From assembly GCA_963624045.1 (NCBI GenBank), contig CAVFNI010000006.1:6166-70165 (forward strand): a stretch of DNA of 64,000 nt, read 5' to 3'. Positions within the stretch are counted from its first letter, which is position 1. Each line of letters opens with the position of its first letter. This DNA is from Bacteroidaceae bacterium. Lineage in GTDB: Bacteria > Bacillota_I > Bacilli_A > RFN20 > CAG-826. A program made the translations under genes and the position numbers. The notes below the pieces were generated by a model. The model did not search any database and was not told where the DNA came from. It worked only from the letters and a program-made list of their open reading frames with translations. Shown here piece by piece: positions 1 to 7,905 of this stretch.

Positions 1-40
1 GCCTTGTAAGGGCGATGCTCTCCCGCTGAGCTAAGCATCC
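1..40 (-). tRNA. Partial tRNA-Val (anticodon TAC), 5' portion only. The gene runs off the window start.
   Basis: Reverse complement reads GGATGCT-TA-GCTC-AGCGGGA-GAGC-A-TCGCC-CTTACAA-GGCG: acceptor arm, D arm and anticodon arm with loop CTTACAA. It resembles B. subtilis tRNA-Val(UAC). A TTGACG-17-TATATT promoter lies about 30 nt upstream on the same strand. Confidence 0.5.
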
Positions 41-71
41 GCTAGAGATGACGCCTAAACGTGCGTCAATA

Positions 72-100
72 AATATACCATCGACCCCCTATCCCGTCAA
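72..100 (-). promoter_or_regulatory. Sigma-A-like promoter (TTGACG, 17-nt spacer, TATATT) reading toward the tRNA-Val.
   Basis: Reverse complement of 72-100 gives TTGACGggatagggggtcgatggTATATT. Confidence 0.5.
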
Positions 101-175
101 ATTGTTTTTATACGGTTTTAAAATCTCGTTGCCATCGAAGTAAAATAGCCGTAAGACAAGAGGTGTTTCGTTGAT

Positions 176-210
176 ATAAAAACTCCCATTCGTCAGATAA
201 ACGGATGGGG
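176..210 (-). terminator. Intrinsic terminator downstream of guaB.
   Basis: Minus strand: CCCATCCG-tttatctga-CGAATGGG followed by AGTTTTTAT. Confidence 0.6.
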
Positions 211-236
211 TTTTGCATGGTTTTTGAGATTTTTAG

Positions 237-1709
237 TTATTCGCCGTGTTTGGAATAATTAGGCGCTTCAACGGTGATATTGACATCATGCGGATGGCTT
301 TCGCGGAGCCCGGCGTTGGTGATTTGAACGAAATAAGCGTTCTTTCGTAAGGCCTCTAAGTCTTTGGCGCCGCAATAACCCATGCCACTGCGAATGCCGC
401 CGCATAATTGATAAATGGTGTCCGACAGCGGTCCTTTGAAGGCGACCCGTCCTTCGATCCCTTCGGGAACAAGTTTACGAGCGCTAGTGGAAGCGCTTTG
501 GAAATAGCGATCGGCGCTCCCCCGCTTCATCGCGGCTAAACTGCCCATTCCAACATAAGATTTAAAACGACGGCCTTGATATATGATTTCTTCGCCTGGC
601 GCTTCGACAGTGCCTGCAAGCAAAGAGCCAAGCATCACGCTATCGGCGCCGATGGCGAGCGCTTTGACGATGTCGCCGCTATATTTGATACCGCCATCGG
701 CAATTACCATGACGCCTTTATCGCGACAATAGGAACTCACTTCATCAACAGCCGAGGCTTGTGGCATGCCGACGCCGCTTACGACACGAGTCGTGCAAAT
801 CGAACCAGGGCCAATGCCGACTTTGACGCACGAAGCGCCGGCTTCGATAAGGTCATTGGCGGCCTCTTTAGTCACGATGTTGCCGGCAATGATCGGCAAC
901 GCCGGATAAGCGGCATGAATATCTCGGACAGTCTTAAGGATATTGGCGCTATGGCCATGAGCGCTATCGACCGTCAAAACGTCGACATCGGCTTCATAAA
1001 GGGCTTTGACCCGTTCTAATGTATTGCTTCCAACCCCGACGGCGGCACCGCATAGCAATCGGCCTTTCGAATCTTTGGCCGCTTGGGGATAATCCTTCTT
1101 CTTATCGATATCTTTAGAGGTGATTAAGCCAACCAAGATGCCGTTTTTATCGACAATCGGCAATTTCTCAATGCGGTTCTTCCATAAGATGAGTTGCGCT
1201 TCTTCTAAAGTGATACCTTCCTTGCCCGTAACTAAATTATCTTTGGTCATAATTTCTTCGACGGGCGTCTCGTCGGCCTTAAGGTAACGGATATCCCGGT
1301 TGGTTACGATGCCGATGAGTTTCATATTCCTATCGACAACCGGGAGTCCCGAGATGGAATAATGATGTAGCAAAGCCTCCGCTTCAGCGACAGTTTGCTC
1401 AGGACGGAGGGTAATAGGATCTAGGACCATGCCCGATTCGTTGCGTTTGACCAATTCAACGTTTTTCTTTTGGTCTTCGATCGACATATTCTTATGAATC
1501 ATACCGATCCCGCCTTCACGGGCTAAAGCGATGGCCATCGGCGCCTCGGTGACGGTGTCCATGGCGGCGCTAACAATGGGAATATTAAGAACGATCGACG
1601 GCGTTAGATATGTCTTGAGCGATACTTCGCTAGGCACCACTTCGGAGCGTTGCGGTATTAAAAGAATGTCGTCATAAGTAAGACCCAATTTGATGTCGCT
1701 TAATTTCAT
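237..1709 (-). CDS. guaB: IMP dehydrogenase.
   Basis: 490 aa with a TIM barrel and CBS pair. The catalytic-loop Cys motif [11 protein letters not shown] and the active-site loop GGIKYSGD are present. Confidence 0.95.
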   Translation of the reverse strand: MKLSDIKLGLTYDDILLIPQRSEVVPSEVSLKTYLTPSIVLNIPIVSAAMDTVTEAPMAIALAREGGIGMIHKNMSIEDQKKNVELVKRNESGMVLDPITLRPEQTVAEAEALLHHYSISGLPVVDRNMKLIGIVTNRDIRYLKADETPVEEIMTKDNLVTGKEGITLEEAQLILWKNRIEKLPIVDKNGILVGLITSKDIDKKKDYPQAAKDSKGRLLCGAAVGVGSNTLERVKALYEADVDVLTVDSAHGHSANILKTVRDIHAAYPALPIIAGNIVTKEAANDLIEAGASCVKVGIGPGSICTTRVVSGVGMPQASAVDEVSSYCRDKGVMVIADGGIKYSGDIVKALAIGADSVMLGSLLAGTVEAPGEEIIYQGRRFKSYVGMGSLAAMKRGSADRYFQSASTSARKLVPEGIEGRVAFKGPLSDTIYQLCGGIRSGMGYCGAKDLEALRKNAYFVQITNAGLRESHPHDVNITVEAPNYSKHGE

Positions 1710-1738
1710 GTTTTTCTCCTTTATACAAAAAACGGCGA

Positions 1739-2728
1739 CTAATCGCCGTTATTCGTTTTGAAATCCTCATTGGATGCGTAGGCCGCATAAACGGCGGAGA
1801 GGGGGTTATTGGTGACGATGCGATCGATGCATTCTGCTAACATGCTAGCTAATCGCACCACGCGCACGGTCTTAAGTTTGGAGAAACGCTCATCGAGAGG
1901 GATGGAATCGGTGACGATAATTTCTTCGAATGGGCCACTAGAAAGAAGATCGTAACAAGGATCGCTAAAGACGGCGTGGGTGGCAGCAATTTTGACGTTT
2001 TTGGCACCCGCCGCTAACAATGCATTGGCACCGATAACCGCGCTTTTGCCCGTGTCAATCATGTCGTCGATCATAACGCATTCCTTGCCTTTGACTTCGC
2101 CAATAATGCTCATCGCCTCAGGTTCGAGCTTAGAATTGCGCCGCTTATCGATGATGGCTAGTGGCGCATCCAATTGCTCAGCCAATAGTCTGGCGCGGGT
2201 AACGCCGCCATGATCAGGGGAGACTACCACGATATTCGAACAATCGGGATGCTCGCTCAATAAGGCGCGCCCAAGCAAAGGAACCGCCGTCAAATCGTCG
2301 ACCAAGCATGAGAAAAAGCCTTGGATTTGGGCGGCATGAAGATTGACGGTGACCACGCGGTCGACGCCCGCCGTCGTCAATAAGTGAGCGACTAAAGCAG
2401 CCGTAATCGGCTGACGCGGTTTGGCCTTGCGGTCTTGCCTAGCATAGCCAAAATAAGGGATGATGAGATTAATTTCCCTAGCGCTGCTTCTCCTTAAAGC
2501 GTCCACGAAAATCAAAGTTTCCATCAAATTGTCGTTAACGGGCGGGCAAGTCGATTGGATGATGAAGACATCCTTTCCCCGCACCGTCTCTAACGGCTCG
2601 ACGATGATTTCCCCCGATGGGAAATGCTTGATGCTTCTTTGACCCAAGGAAACATGTAATTTCTTGGCGATTGAAGAAGCCAAATCCTGGTTGGCGGATA
2701 ATGAGAATAAAATCGCATTGTCGAGCAT
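1739..2728 (-). CDS. prs: Ribose-phosphate pyrophosphokinase (PRPP synthetase).
   Basis: 329 aa. PRPP-binding motif IIDDMIDTGKS and a typical Prs N-terminus. Confidence 0.92.
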   Translation of the reverse strand: MLDNAILFSLSANQDLASSIAKKLHVSLGQRSIKHFPSGEIIVEPLETVRGKDVFIIQSTCPPVNDNLMETLIFVDALRRSSAREINLIIPYFGYARQDRKAKPRQPITAALVAHLLTTAGVDRVVTVNLHAAQIQGFFSCLVDDLTAVPLLGRALLSEHPDCSNIVVVSPDHGGVTRARLLAEQLDAPLAIIDKRRNSKLEPEAMSIIGEVKGKECVMIDDMIDTGKSAVIGANALLAAGAKNVKIAATHAVFSDPCYDLLSSGPFEEIIVTDSIPLDERFSKLKTVRVVRLASMLAECIDRIVTNNPLSAVYAAYASNEDFKTNNGD

Positions 2729-2791
2729 GATGACTACTTTCTCCTCTGTTTTTCAAGGCATTTACCTTTATGACATTTTATTATGCTACGA

Positions 2792-2806
2792 GACATTCAG
2801 AATGTC
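2792..2806. promoter_or_regulatory. Perfect 7-1-7 palindrome GACATTCaGAATGTC in the divergent prs/hpt promoter region. Candidate operator.
   Basis: Seen directly in the sequence. The core TTCAGAA resembles the centre of Firmicutes CodY boxes (AATTTTCWGAAAATT). Confidence 0.3.
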
Positions 2807-2931
2807 TTTCCAGAATTGCTTTTTTCTTTGAGATAGCGCTTTCTTTACCTAAACGCGAAAAAATGTCTTATATTGGATTATTAAATAAACGCGCCTAACG
2901 TCATTAGGCTATTCCAAAAGAGGTGAATCAA

Positions 2932-3489
2932 ATGCAAGAACTTGTGATGTCCCATGAAGAAATCATCGCAGCGACCGACCGCATCGGGAGGGAATTAAGC
3001 GAGCGCCTTAAAAACGACGAAAGGCTCCCCGTCTTCGTCTGCGTCATGAAAGGGGCGGCCAATTTCATGATCGACCTTATCGAACACCTATCCATCGACA
3101 CATTGGTCGACTATATCCAAATATCCAGCTATTCTGGCGATCAAAGCACTGGCAACATTGTCCTCAAACAAGATATTAAGCTAGATGTCGAAGGGCGCAG
3201 CCTCGTCATCGTCGAAGACGTCATTGACACAGGTCTATCCATGAAATATTTGATCGAACATTTCCAAAACAATTACAAGCCTAAGCAAATCATCGTCGCC
3301 GCTCTCCTAGATAAAGCGTGCGCAAGGAAAGTGCCCGTGCAAATCGATTATGTCGGCAAGACCTTAAAAGAAAACAAATTCGTCGTTGGATATGGGCTCG
3401 ATTACCGTGAGCTCCACCGCAACGACCCCTACATCTATGTGCCCACCCCCGAAGAGGTGCGTGCGATGGATGAGCTTATCGACCGCTAA
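2932..3489 (+). CDS. hpt: Hypoxanthine-guanine phosphoribosyltransferase.
   Basis: PRT-fold motif VIVEDVIDTGLS. The RBS GAGGTG lies 7 nt before the ATG at 2932. The ORF-track start at 2923 is a GTG inside that RBS. Confidence 0.9.
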   Translation: MQELVMSHEEIIAATDRIGRELSERLKNDERLPVFVCVMKGAANFMIDLIEHLSIDTLVDYIQISSYSGDQSTGNIVLKQDIKLDVEGRSLVIVEDVIDTGLSMKYLIEHFQNNYKPKQIIVAALLDKACARKVPVQIDYVGKTLKENKFVVGYGLDYRELHRNDPYIYVPTPEEVRAMDELIDR

Positions 3490-3490
3490 A

Positions 3491-3534
3491 AGAAAAGCAC
3501 CTTCCTTCGTTTGGCGAAAGAGAGGTGCTTTTTA
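3491..3534. terminator. Bidirectional intrinsic terminator between the convergent hpt and upp genes.
   Basis: AAAGCACCT...AGGTGCTTT, a 9-bp stem flanked by an A-run and a T-run. Confidence 0.7.
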
Positions 3535-3535
3535 A

Positions 3536-4183
3536 TTACTTAATCGTCCCGAAAATGCGGTCGCCAGCATCCCCAAGGCCGGGGCAGATGTAGGCGCGAT
3601 CATTCAATTCGCGGTCCAAAGCACCGATATATAGCGGCACATCGGGATTGGCTTTGACGAAGGCCTCCACCCCTTCGGGGGCCGCTATTATGCAGATGAA
3701 GGAAAGCTTTTTGGCGCCATGGCTCCTTAGCATCTTGATGGCGTCGATGGCGCTGCCTCCCGTCGCGAGCATCGGATCAAGGACATAAACGTCCATATCC
3801 TCAAGGCCGCTAGGGAGCTTGCAATAATATTCGTGCGGTTCATGGGTCACTTCATCGCGATATAAACCGATATGTCCAACATGGGCCGTCGGCACTAAGG
3901 CAGTCAAGCCATCGACCATCCCCATGCCAGCGCGGAGGATGGGAACGAAACAAAGTTTGCTTCCTTCCACCATCGGCTCAACGCTGTCTTCAATCGGAGT
4001 ATGGACGGTCACGGGAACCGTTTGGAGGCTACGAAGGGCTTCATAGCCTTCCATCATGGCAATTTCCTTGACGAATTGACGGAATTCGCCCGTAGGGGTC
4101 TCCTTCATCCGCAAATGGGAGATCTTGTGTTTGAGCAAAGGATGGGATAAGAGGGTAACGTTAGGATAGTCTTTGATGTTCAT
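3536..4183 (-). CDS. upp: Uracil phosphoribosyltransferase.
   Basis: UPRTase motifs are present (DPMLATGGS). Start chosen at MNIKDYPNV, which does not overlap the upstream permease stop. The ORF track extends it to 4237. Confidence 0.9.
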   Translation of the reverse strand: MNIKDYPNVTLLSHPLLKHKISHLRMKETPTGEFRQFVKEIAMMEGYEALRSLQTVPVTVHTPIEDSVEPMVEGSKLCFVPILRAGMGMVDGLTALVPTAHVGHIGLYRDEVTHEPHEYYCKLPSGLEDMDVYVLDPMLATGGSAIDAIKMLRSHGAKKLSFICIIAAPEGVEAFVKANPDVPLYIGALDRELNDRAYICPGLGDAGDRIFGTIK

Positions 4184-4196
4184 ATTTTTCTCCTGG

Positions 4197-5741
4197 TTAG
4201 TTATTGGAGCTAGGCTCTTGCGGTTGTTTAGGATCACGGAGCATAACGTTCATGAGAATGCCAAGGAGCATGCTGACGGCGGTTGAGGTGATGGTGACGG
4301 TCGTATCTTTGATAACGAAGCTGATGATGAGGCCGCCAATGCCCGCCACGAGGATGACGGAAGCCACGAAGATGTTTTTGGTCTTGGACATGTCGATCTG
4401 CTCGTTGATAAGCATTTTAACGCCGCTGGCTGCGATAAAGCCATATAGAAGCAAGGAAACGCCACCCGTAACGCAAGTCGGAATCGTCTGGACGACACAC
4501 ATGATGGGCGAAAGGAAACCGAGCAAGATGCTCATGATGCAAGCGAGGATGATGACTTTGACGCTGGCGACTTTAGTAACGCCAACGACGGCGACGTTCT
4601 CACCATAAGTCGTATTGGCCGCGCCGCAAAGGAGACCGCTGACGGCGGTGGCGATGCCATCCCCCGCCAAAGTCCTCGAAAGGCCGGGGTCTTCTAAGAG
4701 GTCGCGTCCAATGATGCCAGAAAGGTTCTTATGGTCGCCGATATGCTCACAAATCGTAACTAAGGAAACGGGAATGAAGAGGAGCGCGATGCTGCCGATT
4801 TGGCCACCTGTCACGGAGACGGCGGCGTTGAAATTCTCAGGTAAGAAAACAAAGCTAGGCAAATCGATGAAGCTCTTGACGCCGATGTTGGTGAAATTAT
4901 TGACGATCGGCGAGAAGTCGACGATATGGAAATAATCGTTGTGGCAACCATAATATCCGATGGCGGTGAAGATCGCCGCGGTCAGATATCCGGCAAGCAT
5001 GCCGACGACGAAGGGAATGAGACTCAAGGTCTTTTTGCCGTAATGCGCGCAAATGGCGGTGACGGCCATGCCGACTAGGCCCGATAAAATGGCGATAAGG
5101 TTATAACTGTCGCCGCTGCCGCTAGAAGCCATAAGGTTATTGACGGCGCTGACGCTTAAGCCAAGGCCAATGACCATGATGACGGGTCCGATGACAACGG
5201 TCGGAAGAAGTTTGTTGAGCCATTCGACCCCGGCGAAGCGGATGACGATGGCCACGATGACATAAACGAGGCCGACCATAGCCATGCCGATTGGCAAAGC
5301 CCAAAGGTTGCCCATATAACCGATGACGGTGTCGCCGGCGAGCGCCTCAACGATTTGTCCTTCAGCGCCCATTTTGACAGGAATGGCCCCCAAAGCAAGG
5401 CCGCCGCACATCGGGGCGATATAAGCGAAGCTGGAAGCTAAGAAGACCGGGCTTTTCATCTTCGTAAGAAGAATATAAATAAGGGTACCAACGCCTGCTG
5501 CGACTAATGTCGGCGCGATCATCGTCTGCGCTAAGCTAACGCCATTGATATTGACGTAAGGAACAACGGCGCCCGAATTGGCGAACCCGTTCCCTACCGT
5601 CGCCGAAGAAAACACCAGTAATGGTACGGTGATGCAAGCGACAAACATCGCCAGCACGTGTTGAATAGCCAAGATGATCCATTCGGAGATCTTCTTGGGG
5701 CTCTCATTCACATCTAGAATGAGCTTTTTTGCTTGGTCCAT
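4197..5741 (-). CDS. Uracil/xanthine permease of the NCS2 family (PyrP/UraA-like).
   Basis: 514 aa polytopic membrane protein. The N-terminus and LQHxLAMF motif resemble UraA/PyrP. It is co-directional with upp and immediately upstream of it. Confidence 0.8.
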   Translation of the reverse strand: MDQAKKLILDVNESPKKISEWIILAIQHVLAMFVACITVPLLVFSSATVGNGFANSGAVVPYVNINGVSLAQTMIAPTLVAAGVGTLIYILLTKMKSPVFLASSFAYIAPMCGGLALGAIPVKMGAEGQIVEALAGDTVIGYMGNLWALPIGMAMVGLVYVIVAIVIRFAGVEWLNKLLPTVVIGPVIMVIGLGLSVSAVNNLMASSGSGDSYNLIAILSGLVGMAVTAICAHYGKKTLSLIPFVVGMLAGYLTAAIFTAIGYYGCHNDYFHIVDFSPIVNNFTNIGVKSFIDLPSFVFLPENFNAAVSVTGGQIGSIALLFIPVSLVTICEHIGDHKNLSGIIGRDLLEDPGLSRTLAGDGIATAVSGLLCGAANTTYGENVAVVGVTKVASVKVIILACIMSILLGFLSPIMCVVQTIPTCVTGGVSLLLYGFIAASGVKMLINEQIDMSKTKNIFVASVILVAGIGGLIISFVIKDTTVTITSTAVSMLLGILMNVMLRDPKQPQEPSSNN

Positions 5742-5776
5742 GCCTAAGCCCTCCTTTTCTTTCCCATCCCATTTTT

Positions 5777-5807
5777 AGAAAAAAGGGACCTAGAAGTCTA
5801 AGTCCCT
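5777..5807 (-). terminator. Attenuator-like intrinsic terminator in the 5' leader of the permease-upp operon.
   Basis: Minus strand: AGGGAC-ttagacttctag-GTCCCT followed by TTTTTTCT, about 30 nt before the RBS AAAGGAGGG. A second G-rich/U6 element (GTAGGGGGATTTTTT) lies further upstream and can pair with a distal GTCCCCCT. Confidence 0.45.
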
Positions 5808-6107
5808 GAAATTGATAAATGAGATGAATATTTGGGAAGAAGGAACCCGTAAAGAAGAAAAAATCCCCCTACGTTTGGTAAGAGGTTTCAGCTTCAAGCT
5901 CCGGAGTTCCATTTTTCTTTCCGGAAGAAAACTCTAACAAGGAAAGGGGACGGAAACAATCATTTTTTATAAACGATTTTCGACCTCAAAAATATTTTCC
6001 AAACCTCTTTCCAAAGGAAAGGGGAGGCAAGATGAAAGATGTAACCAAAAATGAAAGTGCTTTCACCACCAAAGGGGGTGGTTTTCTTTTAAAATTAGGC
6101 AGTCGAA

Positions 6108-6173
6108 GTCGTATATGCCGGTAATATGGTCCAGCAGTCTCTACGCCCTCTCCTCAAAACTGGGCACTACGAC
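6108..6173 (+). ncRNA. Purine (guanine-type) riboswitch-like aptamer upstream of the PbuG-like permease.
   Basis: P1 GUCGUA/UACGAC. The P2 loop UAAUAUGGU is identical to pbuE/xpt L2. J2/3 is GUCUCUAC and J3/1 is ...CACUA. P3 has a non-canonical loop. Total 66 nt. Confidence 0.45.
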
Positions 6174-6188
6174 GAAAATCCCTAGGAG

Positions 6189-6214
6189 CGAAACGGCAGC
6201 TCTTTCGGCTTTTT
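6189..6214 (+). terminator. Terminator of the riboswitch expression platform.
   Basis: CGAAA-cggcagctc-TTTCG GC TTTTTG. Confidence 0.4.
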
Positions 6215-6277
6215 GTCTCTCTGACCTTCTTACCCCATTATGCTTCTGACAGCATTCTTCTCATAAGGAGGGTAACC

Positions 6278-7825
6278 ATGGAAGAAGCAATTATGGCCGA
6301 ATCTCCGTCTAATGGAAATGGATCTTGGAGCCCCAAAACTGGTTTCGGGCGCTTTTTAGACCGCTATTTCCACATCTCCGAAAGAGGCTCTAGCATCGTT
6401 AGGGAACTCATCGGTGGTCTCATCATCTTCTTGGCGATGTTTTACATCTTGCCGCTTAATTCCAACATGCTTTCGGGCGACTGGGCCAACATTCTCACCG
6501 GCGTCGACACCGCTTCTAACGTCAAAACGTCTATCGATGGCGTTGTATCGATCCTAATCTATGGCGATGTCTGGGCAACCGTCAGCGAAGTCCGCGCCGC
6601 CATCTTCGCCGCTACCGCCATCAGCGCCGCCGTTACCACCATCTTGATGGGATTCTATGGCAAACTCCCAGTTGGTCTTGCCAGCGGCCTTGGCATCAAT
6701 TCTTTAGTTGCCTACACCGTCATGCTTGGCATGGGCTTTAACCTCGCTCAATCGATGTGCATCGTCTTGCTTGACGGCGTTCTCTTCTTAATCATCAGCC
6801 TTACTCCTTTACGCGCTTGGATTGTCAGAAACATCCCTAAATCGCTTAAATTCGCCATTTCCGCCGGCATTGGCTTCTTCATCGCCTTTATCGGCTTCCA
6901 AAACATCGGCATCATCGTTCCAAGCACCGCGACCGCCGTTACCTTTGGCGATTTTACTAGCCCCGCCGTCATCATGGGCATCGTCGGTGTCGTCATCGTT
7001 TTGGTCCTTTCTTCTTTGCCACAAAATAAGAAATGGTCTTTCTGGGTCTCCAAATTCGCCGTCATCATCAGCATCGTTTTAATGGGCGTCGTCTGCGCTT
7101 CGATGGGTCAAGCTGGCGTCGCTGGCATGCCAACCTTCTACGATTCTAGCTACCACATCAGCGAACTTGGCAACATCGGTAAAATCTTTGGCTGCTGCTT
7201 CTATGGATTCGATGCCTTCGCCAACCCCATGGCCATCGCCTTCACCTTCGCTCTTCTCTTCGTCGATTTCTTCGACACCGCCGGCACCTTAGTCGGCGTT
7301 GAAGCGGGAGCGGGCATGGTCGATGACAATGGCAACATCACCGTCAACGATCGTCCGGCGATGGTCACCGATGCCATCGGCACTTGCTTTGGCGCCGTTT
7401 GCGGCACCACCACCGTCACCTCCTTCGTCGAAAGCACCACCGGCGTCGCCGCTGGGGCGAGGACGGGCTTAGCTGCCGTCGTGACTGGTTTGCTATTCGC
7501 CTTGAGCTTAGCCATCTATCCGGCCCTTGGCATGTTCTCCTCTAGCTCCGTCACAGGGCTAGCGCTCGTCTATGTCGGCGTTTGCATGTTCAAAAACCTC
7601 GAGAAACTCGAATGGCACGACTGGATCGCTGTCGGAAGCGGCTTCTTCACCATCTTGGTGATGACCATCTCCTATAGCATCAGTGATGGCATCGCTTGGG
7701 GCTTTATCTCCTACACCATCATGACTTTGGCCGCTGGCAAATTCAAAAAGAGCGACATCACCGTCGCTTGCTGCTCCGCCGCCTTCTTGGCCATCTATAT
7801 AATGAAGGCTGCGTTAAAGATTTAA
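6278..7825 (+). CDS. Guanine/hypoxanthine permease of the NCS2 AzgA/PbuG type.
   Basis: 515 aa. The N-terminus FGRFLDRYFHISERGSSIVRELIGGLIIFLAMFYIL matches the PbuG/PbuO family. RBS AGGAGG lies 6 nt upstream. Confidence 0.85.
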   Translation: MEEAIMAESPSNGNGSWSPKTGFGRFLDRYFHISERGSSIVRELIGGLIIFLAMFYILPLNSNMLSGDWANILTGVDTASNVKTSIDGVVSILIYGDVWATVSEVRAAIFAATAISAAVTTILMGFYGKLPVGLASGLGINSLVAYTVMLGMGFNLAQSMCIVLLDGVLFLIISLTPLRAWIVRNIPKSLKFAISAGIGFFIAFIGFQNIGIIVPSTATAVTFGDFTSPAVIMGIVGVVIVLVLSSLPQNKKWSFWVSKFAVIISIVLMGVVCASMGQAGVAGMPTFYDSSYHISELGNIGKIFGCCFYGFDAFANPMAIAFTFALLFVDFFDTAGTLVGVEAGAGMVDDNGNITVNDRPAMVTDAIGTCFGAVCGTTTVTSFVESTTGVAAGARTGLAAVVTGLLFALSLAIYPALGMFSSSSVTGLALVYVGVCMFKNLEKLEWHDWIAVGSGFFTILVMTISYSISDGIAWGFISYTIMTLAAGKFKKSDITVACCSAAFLAIYIMKAALKI

Positions 7826-7846
7826 TCAAAACATCATAAGGAATTT

Positions 7847-7877
7847 GGGGAGAGGATGATATTTCTCTCCCCTTTTT
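7847..7877 (+). terminator. Intrinsic terminator after the permease gene.
   Basis: GGGGAGAG-gatgatattt-CTCTCCCC followed by TTTTT. Confidence 0.75.
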
Positions 7878-7905
7878 GCTAAGATATCGTGAATTGGAGA
7901 GAAGC

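Noticed and set aside
576-1019. Antisense ORFs within guaB, prs, permeases and other large genes (for example 576-1019+, 1980-2213+, 4204-4608+, 6748-7074-).
   Set aside because: They are embedded opposite well-supported conserved genes, with no SD and biased composition. Standard shadow ORFs.
5742-6000. PyrR binding loop (UCCNGNGAGG) or purine aptamer in the minus-strand leader of the uracil permease.
   Set aside because: Neither motif is present on that strand (no AUAUGG / CUACC). Only generic hairpin/U-tract elements were found, so the effector stays unassigned.
7876-7905. ORF-track start of guaA at 7876.
   Set aside because: That ATG lies in the T-tract of the upstream terminator. The GMP synthase N-terminus (MIVVLDFGGQY) and an SD support a start at 7906 or 7918.
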